Assembly: GCA_017428115.1 (NCBI GenBank)
Contig: JAFRRK010000052.1
Coordinates: forward strand, 884-64,883
Length of the DNA: 64,000 bases
Direction: 5' to 3'
From: Bacteroidales bacterium
Lineage (GTDB): Bacteria > Bacteroidota > Bacteroidia > Bacteroidales > P3
Under the pieces are notes generated by a model. It saw only the letters and a list, made by a program, of their open reading frames with translations, had not been told where the DNA came from and did not search any database. Of this stretch, positions 35,682 through 45,481 are shown one piece after another; the stretch's first letter is position 1, and each line of letters begins with the position of its first letter. Position numbers and translations under genes: made by a program.

Positions 35682-36512
35682 ATGGTAGAACTACTGTTAG
35701 GCATAATATGTGGTGTAACCTTGTCGCTGTTTTTCAGCTTCGGACCTGCGTTTTTTTCGCAGCTGAGGACTAGTATACAATATGGCTATAGGAAGTCGTA
35801 CCCTTTTGCATTTGGGGTGAGCGCAAGCGATGTGCTGGTGGTATTCCTGCTGCTAACGGTTCTGCAGAATGTGAACCTCTACGAGGTGCTGCACAATGTG
35901 TGGGTGGCATCGGTAGGTGGCGCGGTGTTGATAATGATGGGGGTGCACTACTTCCGCAAGGAGGTGGACGATATAAAGGAGAAGGAGACGCGCCTAAAGT
36001 TTAAGAGCAAGGAGGGCGAACCTCGGAGGCTGTCGATTTTTGGACAAGGGTTCTTAATCAATATCGTCAACCCCTTTATCTGGATATACTGGATTTCTGT
36101 AATTGCGTTAGTTTCAGGAGAATTGAACCTTACGGTGAATGAACGCTACATCTTTTTTATTGGAATGTTGGGCACCACACTGGCATTGGACATTGTGAAG
36201 TGCAAGCTTGCCTCGATGTTGCAGAAAATGATAACGGCCAAGGTCCTGAACATCACCAACAAGGCATGCGCAATAGTGATGTGGGGATTTGCGGGATATC
36301 TGATAGTGTCGATGATACTATACCAGGTGAGCCCCAAGGCACGTGAACGCGAGCAAAACCAGCCTAACAATAAGACCGAGATGATAAAGAAGCTCCACAA
36401 CCTCCAGAAGATTGACAGCCTAGGCGAGCTGGCCCCCTGGGGACGGAGGCACGACACGGCGATGTATGAGCCTGAGAATAAGAACAAACATACCAACACA
36501 ACATCAGAATGA
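35682..36512 (+). CDS. LysE/RhtB-type translocator-like membrane protein
   Basis: The N-terminal pattern GIICGVTLSLFFSFGPAFF...GVSASD is typical of LysE-type exporters. It has a hydrophilic C-terminal extension. Confidence 0.55.
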   Translation: MVELLLGIICGVTLSLFFSFGPAFFSQLRTSIQYGYRKSYPFAFGVSASDVLVVFLLLTVLQNVNLYEVLHNVWVASVGGAVLIMMGVHYFRKEVDDIKEKETRLKFKSKEGEPRRLSIFGQGFLINIVNPFIWIYWISVIALVSGELNLTVNERYIFFIGMLGTTLALDIVKCKLASMLQKMITAKVLNITNKACAIVMWGFAGYLIVSMILYQVSPKAREREQNQPNNKTEMIKKLHNLQKIDSLGELAPWGRRHDTAMYEPENKNKHTNTTSE

Positions 36513-37270
36513 TACGCGAAGAAACCGTTTTTGGACCCATCTTCAGCCGACGGCTGGGCACATCGCTGGGCATCAACCTACTGCCCGAGAAAGGGAAAAT
36601 ATGCAACTTTGACTGCATCTATTGCGAATGCGGATGGAACAAGGACGGGCACGGCGACAGCCGCCTTCCATCGGCCGCCAAAGTGCGCGCCGACTTGGAG
36701 AACATGCTTGAGCATCTGCGGCGACAGCAGGTGAAGGTAGACTCCATCACCTTCTCGGGCGACGGGGAGCCGACTTTGAACCCCGAATTCCCACAAATAA
36801 TTGACGACACGCTTGCACTTCGCGACCAATTGGCACCTACGGCCAAAGTGTCCGTCCTGTCAAATGCCACCCGTGTGCATCTGCCGCAGATTTTTAAGGC
36901 TGTGCAAAAGGTAGACAACCCCATCATGAAGATTGACGCACCCACCAACGAGCTAATAGCCCGCATTAACAAGCCCGCCGCAGGTTACGACATTGCCCGT
37001 GTGGTAGAAGCCCTGAAACAGTTCAACGGTGACTTCATCCTCCAAACCTGCATGCTGCGCAGCAAAGAATACAACTTCGATTCGTCGCGCCACGAAGTGC
37101 TTGACGGCTGGATGGACATTGTACGGCAACTACGTCCACGCGAAATAATGGTATACACCATCGACCGACCGACTCCCGCTGAGGGACTGGAAAAGTTCAC
37201 CGTAGAGGAAATGACAGCCCTAGTGCAGCCCCTCATCGACGAAGGTTTCCAGCTACAAATCAAGGGGTAG
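36509..37270 (+). CDS. radical SAM protein
   Basis: CNFDCIYC (CxxxCxxC) cluster motif near the N-terminus and FSGDGEPTL SAM-binding motif. Start overlaps the upstream stop. Confidence 0.8.
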   Translation: MIREETVFGPIFSRRLGTSLGINLLPEKGKICNFDCIYCECGWNKDGHGDSRLPSAAKVRADLENMLEHLRRQQVKVDSITFSGDGEPTLNPEFPQIIDDTLALRDQLAPTAKVSVLSNATRVHLPQIFKAVQKVDNPIMKIDAPTNELIARINKPAAGYDIARVVEALKQFNGDFILQTCMLRSKEYNFDSSRHEVLDGWMDIVRQLRPREIMVYTIDRPTPAEGLEKFTVEEMTALVQPLIDEGFQLQIKG

Positions 37271-37384
37271 ACTCGCCCTCTCACGTCATCTCCGCCTATC
37301 CACACACCAACGCCCCACCTCGCTTTCGCGCCCTCCACTCAACCCCGCTTCATTGTCGCATTATACTCACCTTGGCGATAACGT

Positions 37385-37642
37385 GAAAAAGAAAGTGGCA
37401 CCCTGCTTTCTGCCTTTCACAGTATAATTGTACCAGACGGCCCACAGCACTCGCTTCAATCGCACGCCATGCCTTCGCCGTGTCTTCGTCGTGCCTTCGC
37501 TTCCAGCGACGGAGAAAGGACGAAGGCAGGCACTAGACACAGCCCCGCCACCACCAAAGAACCCCTCTAATGATTGTGGAAAGGGAAACAAAAGCGTATG
37601 GGGAAAAACGGCCAGGAATGAATATCAGCATTTACTTGTCAA
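37385..37642 (+). repeat. intergenic repeat family, copy C (3' half only)
   Basis: AAGTGGCACCC...CCATGCCTTCGCCGTGTCTTCGTCGTGCCTTCG...GACGAAGGCAGG...TTACTTGTCAA aligns with 12795-13046. Confidence 0.7.
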
Positions 37643-37751
37643 ACTATTAGGATTAATAATAATCAGTATCTGTAGAAAAAGATTGTGCCAAGTATCACAC
37701 CTAACAAAAGTGGGAAAACAACTTTTTTTTTTGCATATCAATTAATTTGTG

Positions 37752-37759
37752 TATTTTTG
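37752..37759 (+). promoter_or_regulatory. -7 box (TATTTTTG) upstream of infC
   Basis: TAnnTTTG match downstream of repeat copy C. Confidence 0.45.
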
Positions 37760-37941
37760 CAAATCCGAAAAAACTGCAATAATAGGTATTTCGGATAGTA
37801 TAATTATCGCATAAAGAAACAAATAGGATATATTAACCAATATAGGAGAACCAAGCTATAGCAGCACCATTTAACCCTGGCGCCCCAAACAACAGCAATA
37901 AGGGACGCAACAGAGGGCCTCAGAAAAGGGAGCCCGAACAT

Positions 37942-38433
37942 TTGATAAACGAGCGCATCGACGTGCCAATGGTACGTGTGGTGGGCGACGGTATGGAGCC
38001 CACGATAATGAATACCAAGGAGGCGCTGGCTCAGGCATATGAAGAGGGGCTGGATTTGGTGATGATTTCGCCCAACGCCAATCCGCCGGTGTGCAAGATT
38101 ATCGAATACCAAAAGTACCTCTACGAACAGAAGAAGAAGGAAAAGGAGCGCAAGGCCAACTCCACAAAGGTGGTGATTAAAGAGATACGGCTAAGCCCGC
38201 AGACTGACGACCACGACTTTGAGTTTAAGCTGAACCACGCGAAACGCTTCCTAAAGGAGGGCAACAAGGTGAAGGTGGACGTGTTTTTCCGCGGACGCTC
38301 AATAGTGTATAAGGAGCAGGGAGAGGCACAGCTGCTGAAGTTTGCCGAGGCACTGATGGAGTATGGCAAGCCAGAGGCAATGCCACGTTTGGAGGGAAAG
38401 AGGATGCTGATAATCATATCCCCAAAGAAATAG
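37942..38433 (+). CDS. infC: translation initiation factor IF-3 (the real start is probably upstream and non-canonical)
   Basis: INERIDVPMVRVVGDG...PPVCKIIEYQKYLYE are IF-3 signatures. The track start is a TTG. The frame is open back to 37846, with an in-frame ATA at 37858. Confidence 0.85.
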   Translation: MINERIDVPMVRVVGDGMEPTIMNTKEALAQAYEEGLDLVMISPNANPPVCKIIEYQKYLYEQKKKEKERKANSTKVVIKEIRLSPQTDDHDFEFKLNHAKRFLKEGNKVKVDVFFRGRSIVYKEQGEAQLLKFAEALMEYGKPEAMPRLEGKRMLIIISPKK

Positions 38434-38504
38434 AGCCCCTACCACTAGTGAGAAAAGAACCAGGTTATCGTACCATATAGTCTAACTTAAAAAACAGTAA
38501 AGTA

Positions 38505-38699
38505 ATGCCTAAAATGAAAACTAAGGCCGCTGCCAAGAAGCGTTTCACCTTCACCGGCACCGGCAAAATCAAGAGAAAGCATGCTTATCACAGCCACATT
38601 CTGACCAAGAAAGAGACCACGCAGAAACGTAATCTCGACCACACCGCACTGGTGAGCCGCGACGACGAGAAGCGAGTGAAACGTATGCTTCTTCACTAA
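38505..38699 (+). CDS. rpmI: 50S ribosomal protein L35
   Basis: [14 protein letters not shown]...H signature. 64 aa. Confidence 0.92.
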   Translation: MPKMKTKAAAKKRFTFTGTGKIKRKHAYHSHILTKKETTQKRNLDHTALVSRDDEKRVKRMLLH

Positions 38700-38832
38700 G
38701 ACGAGAGCCTTAGGAAAGACAATCGGAGTTATTAACCATTATTTAAAGCACCAAAGAGCAACCGCCTCAACGACGCAAAAAAAAGCCTAGAGAGAGCCGG
38801 TGGCCGCTTAAATGAAAACAAATTAAGAAAAC

Positions 38833-39180
38833 ATGCCAAGATCAGTAAATGCTGTAGCTTCCAGAGCTCGCAGAAAGAAAATCCTCAATCGCACCAAAGG
38901 TTATTGGGGCAGAGGTAAAAACGTGTGGACCGTCGCCAAAAACAAATGGGAAAAGGGCCAGACTTACGCATACCGCGACAGAAGAAACAAGAAGAGAGAG
39001 TTCCGCGCACTGTGGATTAACCGTATCAACGCCGGATGCCGCATCAACGGAATCTCCTACTCTGTGTTTATGGGCGAATTGCACAAGAACAACATCGAGC
39101 TGAACCGCAAGGTTCTCGCCGACCTGGCGATGAACAATCCCGAGGCTTTCACCGCTGTTGTGAAGATGGTAAAGAAATAA
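38833..39180 (+). CDS. rplT: 50S ribosomal protein L20
   Basis: [18 protein letters not shown]...[16 protein letters not shown] signature. Confidence 0.92.
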   Translation: MPRSVNAVASRARRKKILNRTKGYWGRGKNVWTVAKNKWEKGQTYAYRDRRNKKREFRALWINRINAGCRINGISYSVFMGELHKNNIELNRKVLADLAMNNPEAFTAVVKMVKK

Positions 39181-39222
39181 GCCAAAGAAAAACGAGTGAT
39201 TAACCTTTAAAACTTCTATGTC

Positions 39223-39576
39223 ATGGGAAAAAATCAATTAATGCAATATGTAGAGGATTTGGTTGAGCGTAAGGACCTCCCCGAGTTTAAGGCTGGCGAT
39301 ACCATCACTGTCCATTACAAGATTAGAGAAGGAAACAAAGAACGTATCCAGAACTTCCAGGGCGTTGTATTGCAGCGCAGCGGAAGCGGTTCGACTGAGA
39401 CCTTTACTGTCCGCAAGATTACCAACGGCGTGGGTGTGGAACGTATTTTCCCCATTTGCAGCCCGTTTATCGAAAAGATTGAAGTGAACAAGTACGGCGC
39501 CGTGCGCAGAGCTAGAATCTTCTATCTCCGTAATCTTACAGGTAAGAAAGCCCGTATCAAGGAAAAGAGACGCTAA
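39223..39576 (+). CDS. rplS: 50S ribosomal protein L19
   Basis: [30 protein letters not shown]...RRARIFYLR signature. Confidence 0.9.
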   Translation: MGKNQLMQYVEDLVERKDLPEFKAGDTITVHYKIREGNKERIQNFQGVVLQRSGSGSTETFTVRKITNGVGVERIFPICSPFIEKIEVNKYGAVRRARIFYLRNLTGKKARIKEKRR

Positions 39577-39606
39577 TCGATTTTCCAACAACGATAATCT
39601 GGCAAA

Positions 39607-39639
39607 GCGACTGTCTCTTTCGGGATACAGCCGCTTTTT
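39607..39639 (+). terminator. probable rho-independent terminator after rplS
   Basis: GCGACTGT...ACAGCCGC stem with one mismatch, followed by T5. Confidence 0.45.
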
Positions 39640-39744
39640 CAATCATAAAAAATTTTGTCATATAGCTGAATCTTCGTATCTTTGCATATTTGAAATAAAA
39701 GGAAAACTTCTAATAACTTATTATATATAAAGGAGAAACAAGTA

Positions 39745-41706
39745 ATGAAAGTAAATGTCAAAGACTTCGGTGTGGTGTCGCCAGAGCAACCTTGCTCCAT
39801 TATCGACATCATCAAAATGGTAAATCCCGACGGATTGAACAATTATTGTGCCGCCAAAATCGATAACAACACTGACCTTATCGACCTCCGAACTACCATT
39901 ACGACCGATTGTGACATTGAGCTGTTGGACACCACCAACAAGGAGTGCCTCTCGGTGCTACGCCACACTGCCGCACACATCATGGCCGAGGCAGTGCAGA
40001 ACCTTTTCCCCGAGGCAAAGATAACCATTGGGCCCGCCACTGAGAACGGCTTCTTCTACGACTTCGATTTCCGTCCCTTCAGCCGCGAGGATTTGGACGC
40101 CATCGAAAAGGAGATGAAGTCCATCATCAAAAAGGCCACACGCTTGGAACGCCGCGAGGTGACGCGCAACGAAGCATTAGAAATTATGACCCAACGCAAC
40201 GAACCATATAAGGTAGAGCTGCTTGAGGCCATCCCTGAAGGAGAAACCATCACCATATATCAGCAGAACAACTTTGTAGACCTCTGCCGTGGACCGCACC
40301 TGCTCAACACCCGCCCTATCAAGGGATTCAAACTGCTATCCTCTTCCAGCACCTATTGGCGCGGCGACAAGAAAAACAAGTCTCTCAGCCGCATCCACGG
40401 CACTGCCTTCTTCACCAAAGAAGACCTTGAAGCCTATCTGCAATATCTAGAGGATGTGAAGAACCACGACCACAACAAAATCGGCCGTGAACTTGAAATA
40501 TTCACCACAGTCGATGTCATTGGCCAGGGCCTGCCCCTGCTGATGCCTAAGGGTACGAAGATTGTTCAGACACTCCAACGCTGGATTGAGGACGAGGAAA
40601 CCCGCCGCGGCTACATGCGCACCAAGACCCCCCTGATGTCCAAGAGCGACCTCTACAAACTCTCTGGCCACTGGGACCACTACCGCGACAAAATGTTTAT
40701 CATGGGCGACCCCGACGACGAAAAAGAAGTGCTTGCGATGCGTCCTATGACCTGTCCATTCCAATACTTTGTGTATAAGAATAGCCAGAAGTCATATCGC
40801 GACCTTCCTTGCCGCTACGGCGAGACCTCTACCCTATTCCGCAAAGAGGACAGCGGCGAGATGCACGGCCTCACCCGCGTGCGCCAGTTCACCATCAGCG
40901 AGGGACACCTCATCGTGCGTCCCGACCAGATGGTTGAGGAGTTTAAGGGATGTATCGACCTCGCTCGCTACTGCCTCACCACCCTCGGATTGCAGGACGA
41001 CGTGACCTACCACCTCTCCAAATGGGACCCCGAAGACACCGAGAAATACATTGGCGATGCCGAAACCTGGGAAACCACCCAGCAGCATATCCGCGACATC
41101 CTCAACGAGCTGAACATCCCCTTCGTCGAAGATGTGGGCGAAGCCGCCTTCTACGGACCTAAGGTAGACATCAATGCCAAGAACGTCTACGGCAAGGAGG
41201 ACACCATGATCACCATCCAGTGGGATGCCCTTATAGCCGAGCGTTTCGACATGTACTATATCGACAAAGACGGCAGCCGGCAACGTCCATATATCATCCA
41301 TCGCACCAGCATGGGCTGCTACGAGCGTACCCTGGCCTGGCTGATCGAAAAATACGAGGGCGCATTCCCCACCTGGCTCTCCCCCGAGCAAGTGCGGGTG
41401 CTTCCCATCTCTGAGAAATTCCTCGACTACGCCGAGAAAGTGACCGCCGAACTACAACGCAACGGAATCGAAGCCACCCTCGACCGCCGCAGTGAAAAAA
41501 TAGGCTACAAACTGCGCGAAACACGTATGCAAAAAGTACCCTACGCCCTACTCATCGGCCAAAAAGAGATGGACGAACAGCTCGTCGCCGTATGGAACCG
41601 TAAAGACGGCGACCTCGGACAGAGCCAACTCGACACATTCATCGACGCCCTCTGCAAAGAGATTCGCACCAAGAGCGTCGAGCTCACAATTCGCAAAAAA
41701 GATTAA
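39745..41706 (+). CDS. thrS: threonine--tRNA ligase
   Basis: TGS domain, editing-domain motif HTAAH, class II core (RVRQFTISEGH, GPKVD) and a C-terminal anticodon-binding domain. 653 aa. Confidence 0.92.
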   Translation: MKVNVKDFGVVSPEQPCSIIDIIKMVNPDGLNNYCAAKIDNNTDLIDLRTTITTDCDIELLDTTNKECLSVLRHTAAHIMAEAVQNLFPEAKITIGPATENGFFYDFDFRPFSREDLDAIEKEMKSIIKKATRLERREVTRNEALEIMTQRNEPYKVELLEAIPEGETITIYQQNNFVDLCRGPHLLNTRPIKGFKLLSSSSTYWRGDKKNKSLSRIHGTAFFTKEDLEAYLQYLEDVKNHDHNKIGRELEIFTTVDVIGQGLPLLMPKGTKIVQTLQRWIEDEETRRGYMRTKTPLMSKSDLYKLSGHWDHYRDKMFIMGDPDDEKEVLAMRPMTCPFQYFVYKNSQKSYRDLPCRYGETSTLFRKEDSGEMHGLTRVRQFTISEGHLIVRPDQMVEEFKGCIDLARYCLTTLGLQDDVTYHLSKWDPEDTEKYIGDAETWETTQQHIRDILNELNIPFVEDVGEAAFYGPKVDINAKNVYGKEDTMITIQWDALIAERFDMYYIDKDGSRQRPYIIHRTSMGCYERTLAWLIEKYEGAFPTWLSPEQVRVLPISEKFLDYAEKVTAELQRNGIEATLDRRSEKIGYKLRETRMQKVPYALLIGQKEMDEQLVAVWNRKDGDLGQSQLDTFIDALCKEIRTKSVELTIRKKD

Positions 41707-41727
41707 AACCAGAACTTTGCAAAGCTG

Positions 41728-41758
41728 GCGGGCACCCTAATCGGTGCCCGCTTTTTTT
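41728..41758 (+). terminator. rho-independent terminator after thrS
   Basis: GCGGGCACC-ctaatc-GGTGCCCGC followed by T7. Confidence 0.8.
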
Positions 41759-41809
41759 GTATCCAATAAAAAAGGCAGGAACGTAATGCCCTGCCTTTAA
41801 ACAATCTTG

Positions 41810-41882
41810 AGCGACAGACGGGGTTCGAACCCGCGACCTGCGGCTTGGGAAGCCGCCGCTCTGCCAACTGAGCTACTGTCGC
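41810..41882 (-). tRNA. tRNA-Gly (anticodon CCC)
   Basis: The minus strand reads GCGACAGTAGCTCAGTTGGCAGAGCGGCGGCTTCCCAAGCCGCAGGTCGCGGGTTCGAACCCCGTCTGTCGCT and folds by hand into a cloverleaf. Acceptor stem is GCGACAG/CTGTCGC. Anticodon stem is GCGGC/GCCGC. The anticodon loop TTCCCAA gives CCC. T-loop is TTCGAAC. Confidence 0.9.
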
Positions 41883-41969
41883 TTATGGCTGTCTGCCCGC
41901 TCATTGACGAGTCAGACAGTTATAATAACACACCTTTTGCCTTTTTATTGTGCACAAAGGTAATTTTTT

Positions 41970-44243
41970 TTATCTGCGACGCTCGCCACCACCACTGCGG
42001 CGACGTTCACCGTCACGGCGGGGACCACGATCGCCATCGCGGCGAGGACCTCGGTCACCATCACGGCGAGGACCACGGTCGCCTTCGCGACGCGGGCCAC
42101 GTGCCGGTTTCTCTTCCTCGTAGCCTTCTGGCTTGGGGAGGAGAGCCTTGCGGCTGAGCTTAATCTTGCCGGTCTTCTCATCTATGTTGATGACCTTCAC
42201 CTGGAACTCGTCACCCTCTTCAATCAAACCTTCAAGCGTCTCAGTACGGCCCCAGTCATACTCGCTGATGTGCATCAAGCCCTCTTTGCCTGGCAGGAAC
42301 TCGAGGAAGGCGCCAAACTCTACAATGCTCACCACCTTGGCATCATACACCTGCCCCACCTCGGGAACAGTGCAAATCTCCTTAATCCACTTAATGGCGG
42401 CTGCAATATCGTCCTTGTTCTGCGAAGCCACATCCACAATGCCGAACTCGCCCACCTCTTCGATATTGATGATGGTGTTGGTCTCGGACTGAATCTTCTG
42501 TATAACCTCACCACCCTTGCCAATAACAGCACCGATAAAGTCCTTAGGGATCTGGATCTGTTCAATACGGGGCACAAAGTCCTTATAGTCGGCACGGGGT
42601 TCGGGAATGGTTTCAAGAATCTTGTCGAGGATGTAGAGCCTACCCTGACGAGCCTGCTCAAGGGCCTTGGCCAACACATCGTAGCTCAGGCCGTCCACCT
42701 TGATATCCATCTGGCAGGCAGTGATACCGTCGCGGGTGCCACACACCTTAAAGTCCATGTCGCCCAAGTGGTCCTCATCGCCCAAGATGTCGCTAAGCAC
42801 AGCCCACTTGTCGCCCTTGCTGATAAGGCCCATGGCAATGCCCGCCACAGGCTTGCGAAGTCTCACACCCGCATCCATCAATGCCATGCAGCCGGCACAC
42901 ACAGTGGCCATCGACGAAGAGCCGTTGCTCTCGAGGATATCAGACACCACACGGATGGTATAGGGACAATCCGTCTCGCTGGGGAGCACCTCCTTGAGGG
43001 CGCGCCAAGCCAAATGGCCGTGACCCACCTCGCGGCGGCTGGTGCTGCCGCTGCGCTTCACCTCGCCAGTGGCAAACCCGGGGAAATTGTAGTGCAGCAA
43101 AAAGCGGCGCATGCCCTCTATCACCGCACCGTCAATCTTCTGCTCATCGAGCTTAGTGCCCAAGGTGCAGGTAGCGAGCGACTGCGTCTCGCCACGGGTG
43201 AAGATGGCACTGCCGTGGGCCGAAGGCAGATAGTCGGTTTCGCACCAAATGGGGCGAATCTCGTCAAGCTGACGGCCGTCCAAACGGGTACGCTCTGCCA
43301 GCACCATGTCGCGCATAGCCTCGCGCTCGGTGTCGTGGTAGTAACGGTCAATCATAAACTTAATATCATCGGTGAGGGTCTCCTCGGTATAGTTGGCATC
43401 GATAAACTCCTGCTTGATAGCTTCAAAGCCCTCTTCGCGCTGATGCTTGTTGGCAATGCCCTGCTTGGAGAAGTCGTAGCACTTCTGGTACACAGCGTCG
43501 TGGATGCGCTGGCGCAGCTCCTCGTCGTTCACCTCGTGGCAGTACTCGCGTTTCTCGGTCTTACCAGTCTCGACGGTAAGCTCGTCCAGCACGCGGCACT
43601 GTATCTTGATAGCCTCGTGGGCAGCCTTCAACGCGCCCAGCATCACATCCTCGCTCACCTCCTTCATCTCGCCCTCCACCATCATGATATTGTCGGCGGT
43701 GGCGGCAACAATAAGGTCGAGGTCGGCACGCTCAATGTCCTCCATGGGGGTATTGATGACATACTCGCCGTCGAGATACGACACGCGCACCTCTGAGACA
43801 GGGCCGTTAAACGGTATGTCGGACACTGCCAGAGCGGAAGCAGCAGCCAGTGCGGCCAGCTGGTCGGGCATAGTCTCGTGGTCGCCCGAGATGAGGGTTA
43901 TCTGCACCTGCACCTCGGCATGGAAGTTGTCGGGGAAGAGGGGACGCAGTGCACGGTCCACCAAGCGGGCAATCAAAATCTCATGCTCCGAGGGGCGTGC
44001 CTCGCGCTTGAAGAAGCCACCAGGGAAACGCCCCATGGCGGCATACTTCTCTTGGTAATCAACGGTGAGGGGCATGAAATCGACGTTCTCGCCCACCTCT
44101 TTCTTAGCGCATACGGTGGCAAGAAGCATCGTGTCGTTCATCCGTACCACGGCAGAGCCGTCGGCCTGTTTGGCCAGTTTTCCAGTTTCAATTTCAATCA
44201 TGCGGCCGTCGCCGAGATCAAACTTCTTTGTGATAATGTTCAT
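41970..44243 (-). CDS. pnp: polyribonucleotide nucleotidyltransferase (PNPase) with an Arg/Gly/Asp repeat tail
   Basis: Start trimmed to [14 protein letters not shown]. It has two RNase PH domains, KH ([11 protein letters not shown]) and S1 ([20 protein letters not shown]), followed by a ~50-aa GPRRDGDR-repeat extension. Confidence 0.92.
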   Translation of the reverse strand: MNIITKKFDLGDGRMIEIETGKLAKQADGSAVVRMNDTMLLATVCAKKEVGENVDFMPLTVDYQEKYAAMGRFPGGFFKREARPSEHEILIARLVDRALRPLFPDNFHAEVQVQITLISGDHETMPDQLAALAAASALAVSDIPFNGPVSEVRVSYLDGEYVINTPMEDIERADLDLIVAATADNIMMVEGEMKEVSEDVMLGALKAAHEAIKIQCRVLDELTVETGKTEKREYCHEVNDEELRQRIHDAVYQKCYDFSKQGIANKHQREEGFEAIKQEFIDANYTEETLTDDIKFMIDRYYHDTEREAMRDMVLAERTRLDGRQLDEIRPIWCETDYLPSAHGSAIFTRGETQSLATCTLGTKLDEQKIDGAVIEGMRRFLLHYNFPGFATGEVKRSGSTSRREVGHGHLAWRALKEVLPSETDCPYTIRVVSDILESNGSSSMATVCAGCMALMDAGVRLRKPVAGIAMGLISKGDKWAVLSDILGDEDHLGDMDFKVCGTRDGITACQMDIKVDGLSYDVLAKALEQARQGRLYILDKILETIPEPRADYKDFVPRIEQIQIPKDFIGAVIGKGGEVIQKIQSETNTIINIEEVGEFGIVDVASQNKDDIAAAIKWIKEICTVPEVGQVYDAKVVSIVEFGAFLEFLPGKEGLMHISEYDWGRTETLEGLIEEGDEFQVKVINIDEKTGKIKLSRKALLPKPEGYEEEKPARGPRREGDRGPRRDGDRGPRRDGDRGPRRDGERRRSGGGERRR

Positions 44244-44425
44244 TTGTTCCTTTATTGTTTCTTTGTTTCCGCTACGTGTCGCACCGTGCGGCACGCATTT
44301 GCCTAGCATAAACACCTCTATGCAAAGGCGATATAATGATTATTAAAAGCTCTTTCAAAAAAGCCTCCCCAGAGAACCTAGGGAGGCCAACCATAACCAA
44401 ATAAATTATGAAAAACTATTACTTT

Positions 44426-44695
44426 CTACTTTCTCAAGTTAAGCTTCTTGATAAGGGCACGATAGCGCTCAATATCAATAGCCTTCAAATAATCGAGCTG
44501 ACGGCGGCGCTTGCCAACCAGACCGACCAATGCGCGCTCGCTTACTTGGTCTTTCTTATTCTTCTTCATCAGCTCAGTCAGATGCTGGATTCTGTATGTG
44601 AACAGGGCCACCTGCGCCTCAACCGAACCCGTATCTTGGGCGTTTTTACCATACTCGGCGAAAATCTCTTCTTTTTTCTCTTTTGTCAGATACAT
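44426..44695 (-). CDS. rpsO: 30S ribosomal protein S15
   Basis: MYLTKEKKEEIFAEYG...GSVEAQVALFTYRIQHLTEL signature. Confidence 0.92.
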   Translation of the reverse strand: MYLTKEKKEEIFAEYGKNAQDTGSVEAQVALFTYRIQHLTELMKKNKKDQVSERALVGLVGKRRRQLDYLKAIDIERYRALIKKLNLRK

Positions 44696-44962
44696 AACTA
44701 TTTATACTGTTTTTTATCGTTCTTTATCCTTTCGAATTCGGCTGCAAAATTACAACTTTTTTTTCATCCACAAACATTTTTTCGCAAAAAACATTCAATT
44801 TAACTCTTATTAAGAAAGTTCAACCGCCCAACAGCCCACCTTCCACCCCTCCCCAGCGCACATTGCCATTGAAATACAACTGCAACTAGCCATCAAGCCC
44901 ACCTGCCACTCCGCCCCCCTCTTGGTGCCCTTACACTACCGCCCACACTCCCTTCCGTGAAG

Positions 44963-44993
44963 CGAAGGCACGACGAAACCACGACGAAGCCAC
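44963..44993 (-). repeat. weak partial copy D of the tandem 11-mer core of the repeat family
   Basis: CGAAGGCACGA CGAAACCACGA CGAAGCCAC resembles 30244-30270. The flanks are not clearly alignable. Confidence 0.3.
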
Positions 44994-45212
44994 AACGCCC
45001 CACCATGCCATTTACGACACCGCAACACCTCCCCAAACCTCCACACCTGTCCACTCCGACCCTGTTCGCCCTCCCCACTACGGCAACCCAGCAGCACACC
45101 AACAGCAATCGAGTAGCCAGTGGGCACCGGCAGGGGCGACGCAAAGCACGAGCGAGAAGAAAAAATGACGGCCATGAGTACACAAAAAAATGCCCAAATG
45201 CATTTTTTTTGC

Positions 45213-45220
45213 TATATTTG
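45213..45220 (+). promoter_or_regulatory. -7 box (TATATTTG) at the GC-rich/AT-rich junction, about 260 nt upstream of the 1609-aa gene
   Basis: TAnnTTTG match preceded by T8. Composition switches to AT-rich immediately downstream. Confidence 0.4.
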
Positions 45221-45481
45221 CAGTTGGTAAGCAATAGTGCCGCCGAAACATAAAACACATATAACAAAACAGATAGAACAGATAGAAATAATTAAATACA
45301 TATAATAAAGGCGTTTTCGCTTTTCTTGCCACAACTGAAATCTCGACAATTTCATTTTCATTACACAAGAGAAGGGAACGTTCATGGTTTCCGTGAACTT
45401 TTCTTGTTTGTAATGATAGGTAGTCGAGAACCTCAGTTGTGAACAAAAAGGTTTCACGGTTTTTATTACAAAGTCACAAGT

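Noticed and set aside
44893-45267. 124-aa minus-strand ORF in the rpsO to big-gene spacer
   Set aside because: It is encoded by the G-rich complement of a C-rich skewed spacer and has a Gly/Arg/Cys/Val-rich unnatural composition. It also overlaps the weak repeat copy D.
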